NCBI RefSeq assembly: GCF_004010195.1
Contig: NC_057739.1
Location: forward strand, 44,357,486-44,421,485
Reading direction: 5' to 3'
From: Chiloscyllium plagiosum
Taxonomy: Eukaryota
DNA length: 64,000 nucleotides
Shown here: in pieces, positions 12,229 to 25,425 of the stretch
Numbering within the stretch: position 1 is the stretch's first letter
How the letters are laid out: each line of letters opens with the position of its first letter
Position numbers and translations under genes: made by a program
Notes under the pieces: generated by a model
Told to the model about the DNA's origin: nothing
The model's input: only the letters and a program-made list of their open reading frames with translations
The model's database searches: none

Positions 12229-12949
12229 TAATCCTGATATAGTGACAAGCTATAAATCCGAGCCTTCTTCAAATTATAAATTCAATGACAAAACAAGAAC
12301 TTTGTAATATTTATCGACATTAAAGATGTTGTATTCATGGGAGTTGTCACCATTTAATGTGTTAAGAAGATCATATTTTAAAAATCTTACCTTCCAGAAT
12401 TTTCAATTTCAATAGAAAATAATTTGCAGTTGCACAATCTACTCCCATGCTTATATACATAACAAGAATAATTTAATTATTAAAAGTATATGAAAAATAC
12501 AATTACATTTGAACAATTATTGAAGAAAATCTTGTAAAGTGCTCTATAACTACACGATCACAGGACATTTAAAGCTTTGCAGCCAATGAAGTGCTTTTGA
12601 AGTGTAGCAAAGTTTAAAAAGCACCCAATTTGCACACAGCAAGTTCCCAAAAGCAGCAATGTGATAAGCGAACCAGTTTGTTTGTGGTGATTTTGGTTAA
12701 GGGACAAATATTGGTTTGGGGCACCAGCACTACTGCCCTTCTTCAAAATCATGCAATGGGATCTTTCTTACATGAGGAAACAGAAAGAGCCTTGGATTAA
12801 CATTTCATCCAAAAAAATGGCTTTTAATTTTGCCTATCAACCAATCAAGAAACCAAAATAGTAGTAGCAAACCATGTGTTAAAAAAAATTGCCAAATGCA
12901 GGAACAATGAGAATGCAACTGACTACTTTCAAGAGGAACAGAATACAAG

Positions 12950-13935
12950 AGTTACAGGAAGAGGCTGAATAGCTGGGACTATTTTCCCTGGAGTGAAGGG
13001 TAAGGAGTGACCTCAAAGAAGTTTATAAAAGCAAGAGAGCATAGAAAGGGCAAGTAGCCAAGGCCTTTTCCCCCCAAGGTGGAGGAATTCAAAACTAGAG
13101 GGCATAGGTTTAAAGTGAGAGGGGAAAGATTTAAAGGGACCTAAGGGGCAACCTTTTCATACAGAGGGTGATACCTGTATGGGTACTGCAGAGGAAGCGG
13201 TGGAGGCTAGCATTATTTTAACATTTAAAAGGCATCTGGATGGAAGTTGTCACCATTTAACATGTTGAGAAGATCATGAATAGGAAGGGTTTAAAGGGAT
13301 TTGGGCCCAATGTTGGCAAATGGGACTAGATTAATATAAGATATCTGGTCAGCGTGGATTGAGGTGGATCGTGGAGTCTGTTTCTACGCTGTACAGCTCT
13401 ATGAGTCTAAGAGCAGAGATGTACTGCTGAGGCTGTGTAAGGCTTTGGTCAGACCAGATTTGGAAAATTGTGAGCTGTTTTGGGCCCCATATCCAAGGAA
13501 AGATGTGCTGGTGTTGGGATGAAGGCTATGGCATATGAGAAGTGGTTGAGAACTCCGAATATGCACTCAATGGGGTTTACAAGACTGAGAAACTTACAGA
13601 ATACTAAGAAGCCTGGATAGTGTGGACATGGAGAAAATGCTTCCATTAGGAGGAGACACTAGGATGCGAGGGCATAGCCTCAGGGAGAATTGAGGTGAGG
13701 AGTAACTTCTTTAGCCAGAGCATGGTTATTCTGTGGAATTCATTGTCACAGAGGGCTGTTGAGCCCATGTTACTGTGTATGTATATTTTAGACAGAGTTA
13801 GGTTCTTGATTAGTAAGGGGATCAAGGGTTACGGGGAGAAGGCAGGAGAATGGGGTTGAGAAAAATATTGGTCATGATTGAATGGTGGAGCAGACTCGAT
13901 GAATCGAACAGCCTACTTCAGCTTGTATATCTTAT
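12950..13935 (+). mobile_element. Two adjacent CR1 3' fragments (about 12950-13410 and 13411-13935)
   Basis: aaaactagagggcataggtttaaagtgagaggggaaagatt and related CR1 ORF2-end and 3'UTR sequences. Confidence 0.75.
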
Positions 13936-15164
13936 TTGTTAAACTTAGAACTAGAAGCAGGCAATTATTCTCAGCATTTTACTTTCTGTAGCGCTTGCAA
14001 AAAGAACATGGTAAGGAATCAATTTCACTGCTTTAAACACATACATAAGAAGGCTCTTGTGGCACATAGGTAGTATCCACACCCCAAGTACATGCTGAAA
14101 TCCCAGCTTCAAAACGGCAGATGAACCATAGGTGGTCAGAGAAAGCACTTCAGTGATACCCTCAAAGCCTCCCTGGTGAAGTGTAACATTCCCACAGACA
14201 CTTGGGAATCACTGGGTTCTAATCACTTACTTTGATTAAAAGTATCATGAACTAGATGAATATGTGTATTCATGATGTCCTCAGGTCACAAAAACTGCAT
14301 AATTATAAGTTTCTTTGTCTGTATACAAATTATTCACAGACTATACAGTGCAGGAATGTCTATTTCCAATTAGTTCAACAACGTGATATTAAAAGGTAGC
14401 ATAAATTATAACTAAATATTAAGATACAGATAAATATTACTTATGGAAATATATTGCAAATCATGCAGCAAATTTAAGCATGGATGCATTCCAAGTAAAA
14501 TATATATTTATAACTTTATCCTGACAACTTTCATTGTTTGAAGCATGAAGAGAAAGACAACGCTCAGTGGGCGAAGGCAGCATCTCTCCAAGGAAAGACG
14601 GTTACTATTTCTCATCTATAATCCTTATTCTGAGGAACGGTCATAAACCCAATATATACATCATTTTTTCAACAAGTGCTGCCCAACATACAGCACTTCC
14701 AGAATCATCTGACTTCATTCGTTATTTGATCTACTTGACTAGGCAAAATGTGCTCGCTTCCTATTGTTTGCCGGTTGCTTTTCTACCACATTATAACAAT
14801 ACGACACGATCGTCTGTAATGCAACTATCACCTGCTTATCTCTCGTGCCATGCACTAATGAGATCTGAAGAAGTCAGTGAACTCCGAAACGTTAACGCTG
14901 CTTTCTCTCCAGGGATGGCTGCCAGAGCTGAGTTTCACCAGCAATTCCGTTAAAGAGATGGTTCAGCCAACTGTAACATTGCTGAACCACGATGATAATA
15001 ACTACAAGATTATAATGTGTAAATTACCAGTGAAGTTCGTTTCGCAATGGGCTGTGTGGAATTTCAAATTCAATGAGGATCGCACTTTTGCAAATAATAT
15101 GACAAAAATCGCACACGATTTGAAATACGCTCGAACATCCACCTTTTGCCACTAGAAAACTCAC

Positions 15165-15500
15165 AGTGTGGGGGTGGTCTATCCAGTGGACTTCAAACCC
15201 ATCGAAGGCGTGGCTCTTGATGTTCTTGATTAACTCCTTGCTCACCATGGGCTCCACCTGCCGGAGGAAGCGGGCCAGACGCGGGGAATCGATTGAAGGC
15301 TCCGCGCTCCCATTGAAAGCCGGCAGTTCTCGGCACTCGACCGGATCGGTCTGCGTACCGTTTCTCGCGCTGCGTCGACTCTGCACCGAGGCTTCGGAGC
15401 GCCGAACCGCGGTCGTTTGACAAACTGCGTCACGCAGCTCGGGAACCTTTCTCCAGCGCGAATCAACCGACACGGCTTCCTGGACTTCGTCAGTGAACAT
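15165..15500 (-). CDS. DYNC2I2: DYNC2I2/WDR34 (dynein-2 intermediate chain 2) coding exon 1
   Basis: ATG at 15500; 336 nt to donor ACT|gtgagt. [34 protein letters not shown] matches human [34 protein letters not shown]. Contains CQT and TQT light-chain-binding motifs. Confidence 0.93.
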
Positions 15501-16128
15501 GACCCGGGTCCGTTAAAACTTTAGGAGAAGGAGGAAGAACTCCACCAACAAAATGTCCTCTTCCTCACGAAGCCAAGTGTAATTTATTTATATATTAAAG
15601 AATACATTGGAGTGTTGACAACTCATTCACCTCCTACACACAACAAAAAACCTCCCTCACTCTCGAACGCACACAGCATGAATCCAACAGTCGACGCGGA
15701 CCCAAACGAGACGACCCGGTCGCCATGACGACCCGCGCCGCCTGACGTCACGGCCGTGTTCGCGCCGCTCGACCGCGGCCAATGGCAGGCAACGCCGGGG
15801 CGGTAGCTCGGCGCGAGGGGCCGTGCGTCGCGCATGCGTGCTAGGGGGAGTGGCTGATGTGGGGGAGGGTCGCCAGCGCGCGTGCGTGCTGGAGCGGCTG
15901 CGAGCGAGCGTTTTTTTTTCCTCCCCTCCTGTGGTAGAGGCGCGAGACCCGCTGAGCCATCGAGGGGGAAAGAGACAGCGTGTGTGTGAGGGGAGTGCAG
16001 GAGAGAAAAAAAATAAAATACATACAGAGAGAGGAAGATTCGTGAAAGAAAGCGCGGATCAGGGCTTTTTTTCCAATCATTTTTTTCTCCTTTTTTTTTA
16101 TTTCCCCCTTTTTTTTCCTTCTTCCAAG

Positions 16129-16201
16129 ATGTCGGTCCCAGCGACAAAGATGAGTAAAAAAGAGGTGAACTCGAACCATGATGGTGCAGACGAGACCTCA
16201 G
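16129..16201 (+). CDS. SET: SET (TAF-I beta/I2PP2A) exon 1
   Basis: MSVPATKMSKKEVNSNHDGADETS vs human MSAPAAKVSKKELNSNHDGADETS; donor G|gtaatt; 73 nt. Confidence 0.96.
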
Positions 16202-16575
16202 GTAATTTGTTTTTTTTTGTGCAGCGATTGTTTTTTTTTAATCGCCTGTTGGTTAAATATATGTTTTCGTGCTTGCGTTTGTGAAGGCCTCTCTGTTGAG
16301 TGTGTTATGTATATCTGTGTATGTATATTGTGTGTGTGTTGTGTATGTGCGCGGAATGGCGGCCCCACGCTCCCCCTCTCGGTCGGGCTGGAGAGGAGCT
16401 GAAAGGCAGCGCGGGAGGGTAACTCCATTCACTCCGGCGCCATGTTTATGAAGCCACATAGAGAGTGTGTGTGTTAGAGGAGGGGAGGGAGGGAGGGGGG
16501 GGAGAAAAGAAGAGAGGGAACAGAATTTCTGCACCACCTCCTCCTCCTCCTCCCTCATTGTGTAAGGCGGCCGCC

Positions 16576-16627
16576 ATGATACCAGGAAAGAGAAACGGAG
16601 CCGCCGCGGCCTGCTCGTCGGCCCGAG
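16576..16627 (+). CDS. SET: Candidate alternative first coding exon of SET (MIPGKRNGAAAACSSAR)
   Basis: Kozak gccgccATG; 52 nt to donor GAG|gtgaga; phase 1, the same as the canonical exon 1; lies inside the CpG island. Confidence 0.5.
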
Positions 16628-17970
16628 GTGAGATGCCCTATTTCTTTTAACCCCCACCCCCAAGCGAGTGTATGCACACAGACATTCTCTCTTTCCCCCC
16701 CCCCCCCGCTAATCCTAGAGCGGGTAAGGATGATGTGCAAGGAGGCAGGTCTGAACAAGGGCTTCCCGCGAGCAGCAACATCACTCGGGCGGTTTAGAGT
16801 CATCGGACTTGGGGAGAAGAGGCCTAACCATGCGGCCTAGAGTTAAAGGGATTGTAGACACCTTTCCACTGTCCTTTTTGCAAACTAGTATGACGATTTA
16901 AACCCTCCAGGCAAGCGATGCCAGCTAAAAACCCTTCTCGTGCACGCGATTTTTACGTGAGCCCGTGTTTGGTTTTTGAGCCTTTTTAACTAAATGATTT
17001 CCATTTCTTGAGAATCAGAATGTTGTGATCGAGACTTTTTTTAAACAAGCAGCAAAATCTGGAGGGAAAAGTTAAATGCACTTGCAGAGTTTTATTCGTG
17101 TGAAAGGAGGGGAAACTGAATGGAAAATTATTGCATGAACTAAACTTATGAAATCATAAAATGAAAGCAGATGTACGGCCAACTTTCATTAATGCTGAAT
17201 TTTGGAAAAAAATAGTTTGTTTTCGATGTAATTCATTTCAAAATGGAATGTCGGCATTGAAAGCAACGACTTCCTTCGTGGAGGAACCACGCGGCTCATA
17301 ATTTAGCAGGGGTTCATTCAACACAAAGGGAAGCGGTACTGAAACGTGGGTTGCAGGCGAATTATTGATGTCTCCTATCATCAAATTCGCAATAATTGTT
17401 ACGAAGGCGTTTACAGTTCTAAATAAATCTGGACGCTGTTTGCAAATGACTTGGTCTGTCACCGTTTTCATAGTTTCAACTAATAGGTGAGCGGAAGGGA
17501 CTTTTTATATACCTTGGATTTAATGACATTTCGTTACATCTACTTTTGAGATGTGAATGTAACTTTCTGGCAAAATATTACTGAACAGTATTGTTACTTG
17601 TAGTAGGTTGACTTGCAGAATGTGATTAGGAGCCCCTCCAAGCTTACCACTTGCCTTTTTAAATATTTAATAAAATGTTTCTTCCCAAGGTCATCAGTCT
17701 GGATGAAATGGTGCTAAATCAAGAGGTCACAAATTTCTTTGTGTGTCTTTACCTTTTGCCTACTTATTCTCAAACTGGTAATGTTGCTTTTGAGTTTCCA
17801 TAAATCCAAATTGGATCTGTCAATTAATGACTTCAAATTTTCAAGGTATTTGGTTTAGGTAAAAGTGTTTAAGTTGAAGGCCATACTGCAATTATCGTTC
17901 TTAAAGTGTTATAAATACCATAAATGCTGAGCAAACCACTAACTGTGATTTTTGAAAACTTTATTTACAG

Positions 17971-18028
17971 AAAAAGAGCAACAGGAAGCCATTGAACACA
18001 TTGATGAAGTACAGAATGAAATAGACAG
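17971..18028 (+). CDS. SET: SET exon 2
   Basis: tttacag|...|gtaatg; (E)KEQQEAIEHIDEVQNEID(R). Confidence 0.97.
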
Positions 18029-19347
18029 GTAATGTAAAGGAAATAATGTATGTTTTTTGCATTTTAATACCTGGGTGCTTGATTGAGCTTTGCTTTAAAA
18101 GTTTTATCTGAAAAACATTTTTAAATAGGTCAATAATTTTGATGTTGCATTAGGCGGAAGTGGCCCTTAGTTTAAAAGTTTCCACCGTTTCACGTGTTAT
18201 GAGCCATTTTCTGATGTCCTGAAACTTGTTACACTGTACTGGATATTCGGTGAAATTGAAGGTAAATTCTGTAATTTCAAAGTAACAAGTTTCTTAGAAC
18301 AGTGTTTATAAGATTGTTTTTTTGATACTGCGCTGACATCCACAGATGAAAGCACTGCTTTATAATTGGTAGCAGTACATGTTAATATTTGAGATTTTGG
18401 AGAAGACATGTTAATATTGTTCGGATTACACTATTAATAGTCACATGTTTTCTACCAAAATATTTTTGGCTAGCTTTATCTATTTGTAGGTTCTATCTGG
18501 TCATCTTCTCTTGGGGTGTTAAATTTTGAGGTTGATGGTAAAGGTTTGAGGATTGCCCAAATTATTTGAACTTGATGACTCCAAGAGTCAAAATCCTCTG
18601 CTTTCTCTATTGTGGGGCATTGATAGTGTACAGATAGAATTCAACAAGTGATGTCAGTGCTGTCCCTTTTCTCTGACTTGGAGATTACAGGCTAGTTTAG
18701 ATATAATCTTGTGATTTACCATTTTGGATTGCTAGTAGTATTCTAGTGCATCTTCAGCATTCCTACCAAGGCCAATCAAAGATGTGCCCTGAATTATATT
18801 CTGATGTGGTCTAACCAGGATTTTGCATAATAGTAGCAAAGTTTCCTCCCCTGTTTTATTCTCTCGTGATTTAGAACAATCTTTAAATGTTTCCCATTTC
18901 TTTGGTTGAAGATTTGGATGCAGCCATATCTTTCTGCTGATATTAATCCTTTCCTTGAAATGGGATCTTTGGGAGACAAATGATTCTAGTTGTGTTGCAT
19001 TTGAAAACTGACTTGTTTGTTATGACATTGGCATTCTGGACAAGCAATTGGAAGAAGGAAAAAATCACTGCACCCAGCTCACTGTTAAGTTGTTAGTTTG
19101 TAGTCAGACTGTCTTAAAAGCACAATTATGACCTCAAGTATGACTGCTGGGATTTGTAGAAATATTTTGAACAAGTTAGTTTCTAACGGATAAAACATTT
19201 TCCCTTTTGTTCTTCTCTCTGCCCCTTGTATGCAGAAATGCTGTCGTCTTATTTAGTCATCTGTTTGTCAATGCAGAATTAAACTTGTGTTTCAAACTTG
19301 TAGCTTTTTTTGTTAAACTCTCACCATCCTGTTTTACAAGGCTATGA

Positions 19348-19575
<228 letters not shown>

Positions 19576-21382
19576 TGATAGTGATTCAATAAATATTCTG
19601 TGTTGAATAAAATGGGAGAACAAATTTAGGCAATGTGGAATTTTCACATGAAGCTGATAGCTGAGACAAGGGTCAAATTAGTTTAAACAATACTTGTGTG
19701 TGGTAATAGTACAGAAAGGGATCTTGATCTTTACTTACAAGAGAATCTTCTTATGTGGAAAATGATCAACGTCCAAGAAATTGAAGTGATTGTGACTCGG
19801 ATTTTAGATATTCTTTGCCAAAATGTGTAACAAAATGTCTTGGTAAGTTTTTTGTGAACTTTGCTGAAATTGTAATGAGTACTAGTTGCATGTCTGTTGA
19901 CAGTGACCCCTAGGGGCACATGTTGGTCATGCAATGCTGTTTGAAAGACTTCACAGCAAGTCACCACCTTGACAGTTTTGAAACAATCAAGTGCATATTT
20001 TTTAAAATGTGTGCTGTGTTGGTCCCTCTGGATTGTGCTTTTTGTAGCCAAAATTATAGTTACCACTTTAAATGTTTTTAGCTGGTAATGACATCTGGAG
20101 CCGTTGCTCTGTTTTTCCTTTGAGATTGGCTTGTGAACAGTAGGAATTACAAATGTGGTCATTTATGCTCTGCTTTAAATACTTGATTGTATCCTGTTTT
20201 TATACATGAAGTAGGAGTTCAAATTCCTGTCTATTTATACCTTATTTTAACAAATGCTTTTACCCTCAAACTTAGTCATATGGGAAATATCTGAACAGAA
20301 ATAAATTTTGTGGCAAAACCCAGAGTGGGTGCAAATGTATACTACAATTGCTTCCTTTTCTTGATTCACAAGTAACATGTTAACCCGAATGTTTATTTGA
20401 TTTTTGTGGTGGATGTGGTGTGGGGTTTGCTGCTGTACTTAATCCTTCTATGCAGGATTAACCTGACATCCCAAATGGGACTGATTTCCAATTGACCTTG
20501 ATGTGTGGGGTCTAATTATAATTCCACTGTACTCCTTGATTTTGAAATTGTAAACAATAAGTTGCAACTTTATCTAGAAATAGCATAGAATGTCTTTATT
20601 TGCTATGTTCCAAATGCGCTTTTGCTACTTAATTCTATGTAAGTAGTGTAAGACAGTTTTAGAGTAATTTAAATGGTGTCGTTTGGATCTCCACTAGTAG
20701 CATTTGCAGAAGTGTGAATGAAATAAATAACTTGTGGCACCTTCTCAGTGAAGTGCGATTTAGCTCCATTGTAATGTTGGGAGATGACAGCCAATTTGTG
20801 TGCAGCATGGTTCAATAAACATCAGTGAAATAAATGAAAACATTGGTCCAGCTAGTAAGGCTTAGAATTACAACATGCAGTGCTTATATTCATTTTAATG
20901 AGTAGTAAGCGAATCTACCTACTCCATAATTCTATTTTTTTTACCTTTTTTCTGAATGAAGGAATAGTTCAGCTCTTGATAGAAAAGAGCAGAGTGGTCA
21001 TTGTGTTTACATTCTTTAGCAATATTTACAATGATAATCTAATCAACCTATTTGTAATTACACATCTCTGGGGCAGAGTAGGGTTGTTACCATTGCACCA
21101 TGAGCCTTCATTTCCATTATATTCTTTAAATTTTTCAGAATTGTACATAAAGCTCAGCATAACATTCAAATTTGGAATCTCAGAAATATATCACCTGATG
21201 AAAAAGCATAGCAAGCAGCATCTAGTGTCTTTGCCTCTTCATTTTACCCCTTCCTTTCACATCCAGCAATTATGGACTGCTCTACTATTTGTGTACATTG
21301 CCTTTCATGTGGACCATTCTTTAATCAATACTGTCTGTGGACCTGAGGCTGCAAATGAAGCTTCTTGCATACAATATTTTAG

Positions 21383-21565
<183 letters not shown>

Positions 21566-23041
21566 TAAAATCAAATGAGTTCTATGGGCTGAAGTACTGA
21601 AACAAAAATGAACAACTTATTTCATACTGTCAAGCCTCTAACATGTCTTGGTTCGTAGGAGTGATAATTTCTATTTATTTTTAGCATTCTCTGTTTTGGG
21701 AGTCTTTTGAGAAGTAACATATATGTATAGGAAGATTTTGAGAAGTAACATATGTATAGGAAGTTTTTAAAAACTGCTAACCTCTGAGGTTTGTTAAACT
21801 TTTTGTGTACTGATATGTAAAATGCATAGCAAAGACAGGTGATTTTTGTAAATTTGGTACCTCTTATCTATTCCTAAAGCCTCTTGTAAGAACCTTTTGA
21901 ACTTTAGTCATTATAAATCATTGGTCAATTCAATTAGCTGCACAAAGCCAATGAAGAGGTTTTAGTTTGCTTCAATATCCTTGGGTTTGGCTGTGGTGTG
22001 CTTCCAAATCACCTATCGATCTTTGCAGTTTCGTCTATTAGAGGTATAACATCCATTCAGGAATTGACCTGTTACCATTATTTGCAGCAGATTTCCAGGT
22101 CTGTGTAGCTTAACTGACAGCATTTAAGATATGGTGCAAATTAATATGCCAATATATGTTAAGTTAATTTCTCGTACTTTCCATCAGTGGCTGAATATGG
22201 GGTTGTTTTATTGGCTTGTTGTCTTGTTTTAATTCGCCTCAAACAGCTACTATAGAGCGACAATACCCCCATCATGCTCAATTAGATTAAACCCGTGACT
22301 TTGGGAGGGGAAACACTGTTGACCTGTTAGACCACTAAGTGACATGTTTTCTATTCGTGCAAAATGGGTAAATAAAGCATTGTTCTAAGAAACCTTTTTT
22401 AAAAAAATTCAATTAACTTCCTCCATTGACCTGGGTAGTGTTGATTTTTGATAGATGTTAAATGTTAGTCTATTTCGTGTCTTCGGGTGGCCCAGAGTAG
22501 CTGGCCAAAAATAAATTGAGCAATTATTGTTTAAAAAGTTTGGAAACTATGCAAACCAATTTGCACTTGAGTTCAAGAATCCCAACATCTTGACAACCGA
22601 GGAATGGGTGCTAAATCTTGTAATTAGTGACTAAGAATAGAAACAACAATTGCCCCACGGGTAGCAGAGCAAAATAACTGGGTAGATGTGTTTTGATTCT
22701 TGCAGAGGGGTAAATGTTGAACAAGTTACTGGAAGAACTTCCTTGCCATTTACAGGCAGACGTGTCCCATTCACAGAACGGTACTAAACTCTGGAGAAAA
22801 TCCTAGTTTGTGACATTTAATTAAAAATATACTTGAATAATATAACTAGTCTGATTTCAGTTCTCCAGTTTTGTTTCTGTACACATGTATAAATTAGTAT
22901 TGTTCAAGTAAAAGTAAATTGGAATACCTGCAGTTTGATGAATGCTCTGTTTTAATTCTTCTTCCTCCTCTTCAATCTCTGAATAATGTTAAATGCTATA
23001 TGACCACTTCTGACTAATTGGAGTATCATGGATGGATATGA

Positions 23042-23377
<336 letters not shown>

Positions 23378-24421
23378 TGATCTTGCAGTTACATTGAAAG
23401 AGAACTAGATTTACATGAGTTAGGTGATGTCAGGCAACAGTTTGCACAAGGGGTAATGGAAAGCTGGGATTTTGTAAGAATGCTGTTGGGTCTGCAAATT
23501 ATTAACAGTTAACTCGGAGTTTTGTTAGCTTGGTTCCTTAAAAGTTATACCTCTCTATCTGTTGTGATCTAATTGAATGATGGAATAGGCTCAAGGGACT
23601 GAATGCCGTACACCTGTTCCTACCTTTATCCAACCTGAAAAGTCTCAGTGGGTCTTGTGACTTGGTACTTCATTATTCCCTAATTTAGCTCAGAGAAGTG
23701 TAGGTGCATCCCGATATGTTTGTTACAGTTCTTTTCAAAGCCTCGCTGTAAGGTGATGAAAGCAGTAGTGTGACTTTGAGCAGTTATTTGGTAACTGCTT
23801 TAGAGTTGAGCTAGATCTTAATTGGTAGATGGATTTTAAGTGTTGACCAGCCTTGGTTTGTTTCTATGTAAAATTTGAGTCTATCCAAATTGATGTGATT
23901 CATTTGCATTCAATTAAAAAATATCTGTTCAGTTAACATTGCATGGAAAAGATTTAAATTTGTATCTCATTGACATTCATTGCAGTGTGTTTTTTCCCCT
24001 CTATGTATTATAATACTTTGCAATAATTTAGTTGCCAAATAATTGGTGTTCATTAGATTTGAATAGAAATCTTCCACTTCTTTGAATCTGCTAGGTACTG
24101 AGCTATGCATATCAGACATTTCAGTCCCATATCTGTTGAGTTCATTTGGCTATACTGTGAAAATTAGCTTTATAATGCTCTCATGGTGAAGTTTATTTAT
24201 CCTTCTTTGTTCCTCTTTCTTCAATTTTACTGTTCTTGGGAAAGCCTGATTGCCAATATTCTGCTAAATGTTATCTTTGCAACAGTTACTAGGTAAAACC
24301 TGATCAGATTAACATTGGAATTCTTCAAGATTTTCTCAACACTTAAATTCTGTGATATAATGTGTTTGGTTGCATCTTTGTTGTCTTTGAAGGGAATTTT
24401 AATTTTCAAAATTGAACTTAA

Positions 24422-24742
<321 letters not shown>

Positions 24743-25269
24743 TAGGTGTGCAAACTTATGACATGACATCTGATTTTGGTGTAAGGGATGTGGGCATTCA
24801 CCTTCATTAGTGATTGTATCACTTTGTGGGAAGTTCAGTATTTCTTTCCACACAAAGGAGCGAATGTGTGGGTATTATAACTGGCTCCATGCTATTGAGC
24901 AGCCAGGCTGAAATCCCAGAAGGGGGTGATGTTAATTATTTTACCTTTTTTGGGAGTTCTATTGCTTTATAATTGTTAGTTGTAAAGATGCATTATAGTT
25001 AATGCCAGATAGCTTGATATACTGTTGATTTTGTATGTGTCAGATCTTCACTCATTTGGCATTCTGTAGCAGTTTTGGAGGAATCTTAATCTTGTGTGCA
25101 GCAGATTTTTTTTGTTTAGCAATCCCATGTCATTTTAATGAATTCATTTTTGCCCTGGTGCTTGAAGACCATATGTGACTCTCACTTAGAAGTTCAAACA
25201 CTATGCTGAGGAGCTTTAACATGCATGCACTCTTTGACAAAAAGTATCATTATGATGTTGTCTTGCTAG

Positions 25270-25425
25270 GTTCCTGATATGGAAGATGAAGAAGGTGATG
25301 GTGAGGAGGAGGATGAAGATGAGGAGGAAGAAGAAGGATTGGAGGATATCGATGAAGAAGGAGATGAGGATGAAGAGGGTGAAGAGGAGGACGAAGAAGA
25401 GGAGGAGGAAGGAGAAGAAGCCGAG
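25270..25425 (+). CDS. SET: SET exon 7 (acidic tail), followed by a GC donor
   Basis: tgctag|VPDMEDEEGDGEEED...EGEEAE|gcaagt; phase 0, joining in frame to the last exon. Confidence 0.9.

Larger units (their letters stand above)
15165..16850. promoter_or_regulatory. CpG island / bidirectional promoter shared by DYNC2I2 and SET
   Basis: CpG-dense tract in a CpG-poor background; the two ATGs are at 15500 and 16129. Motifs: X-box-like GTCGCCATGACGAC 15719-15732, CRE TGACGTCA 15743-15750, CCAAT 15779-15783, GC box 15797-15803, NRF1-like GCGCATGCG 15830-15838. Confidence 0.85.

Noticed and set aside
15623-16840. Several overlapping 60-170 aa ORFs in the CpG island
   Set aside because: Expected from stop-codon scarcity in GC-rich promoter DNA; only the SET exon 1 and candidate alternative exon portions have splice support.
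21705-21764. Short direct duplication (ttttgagaagtaacatat..gtataggaag x2); similar ones at about 24457-24489 and 32865-32905
   Set aside because: Ordinary local slippage duplications with no further structure.
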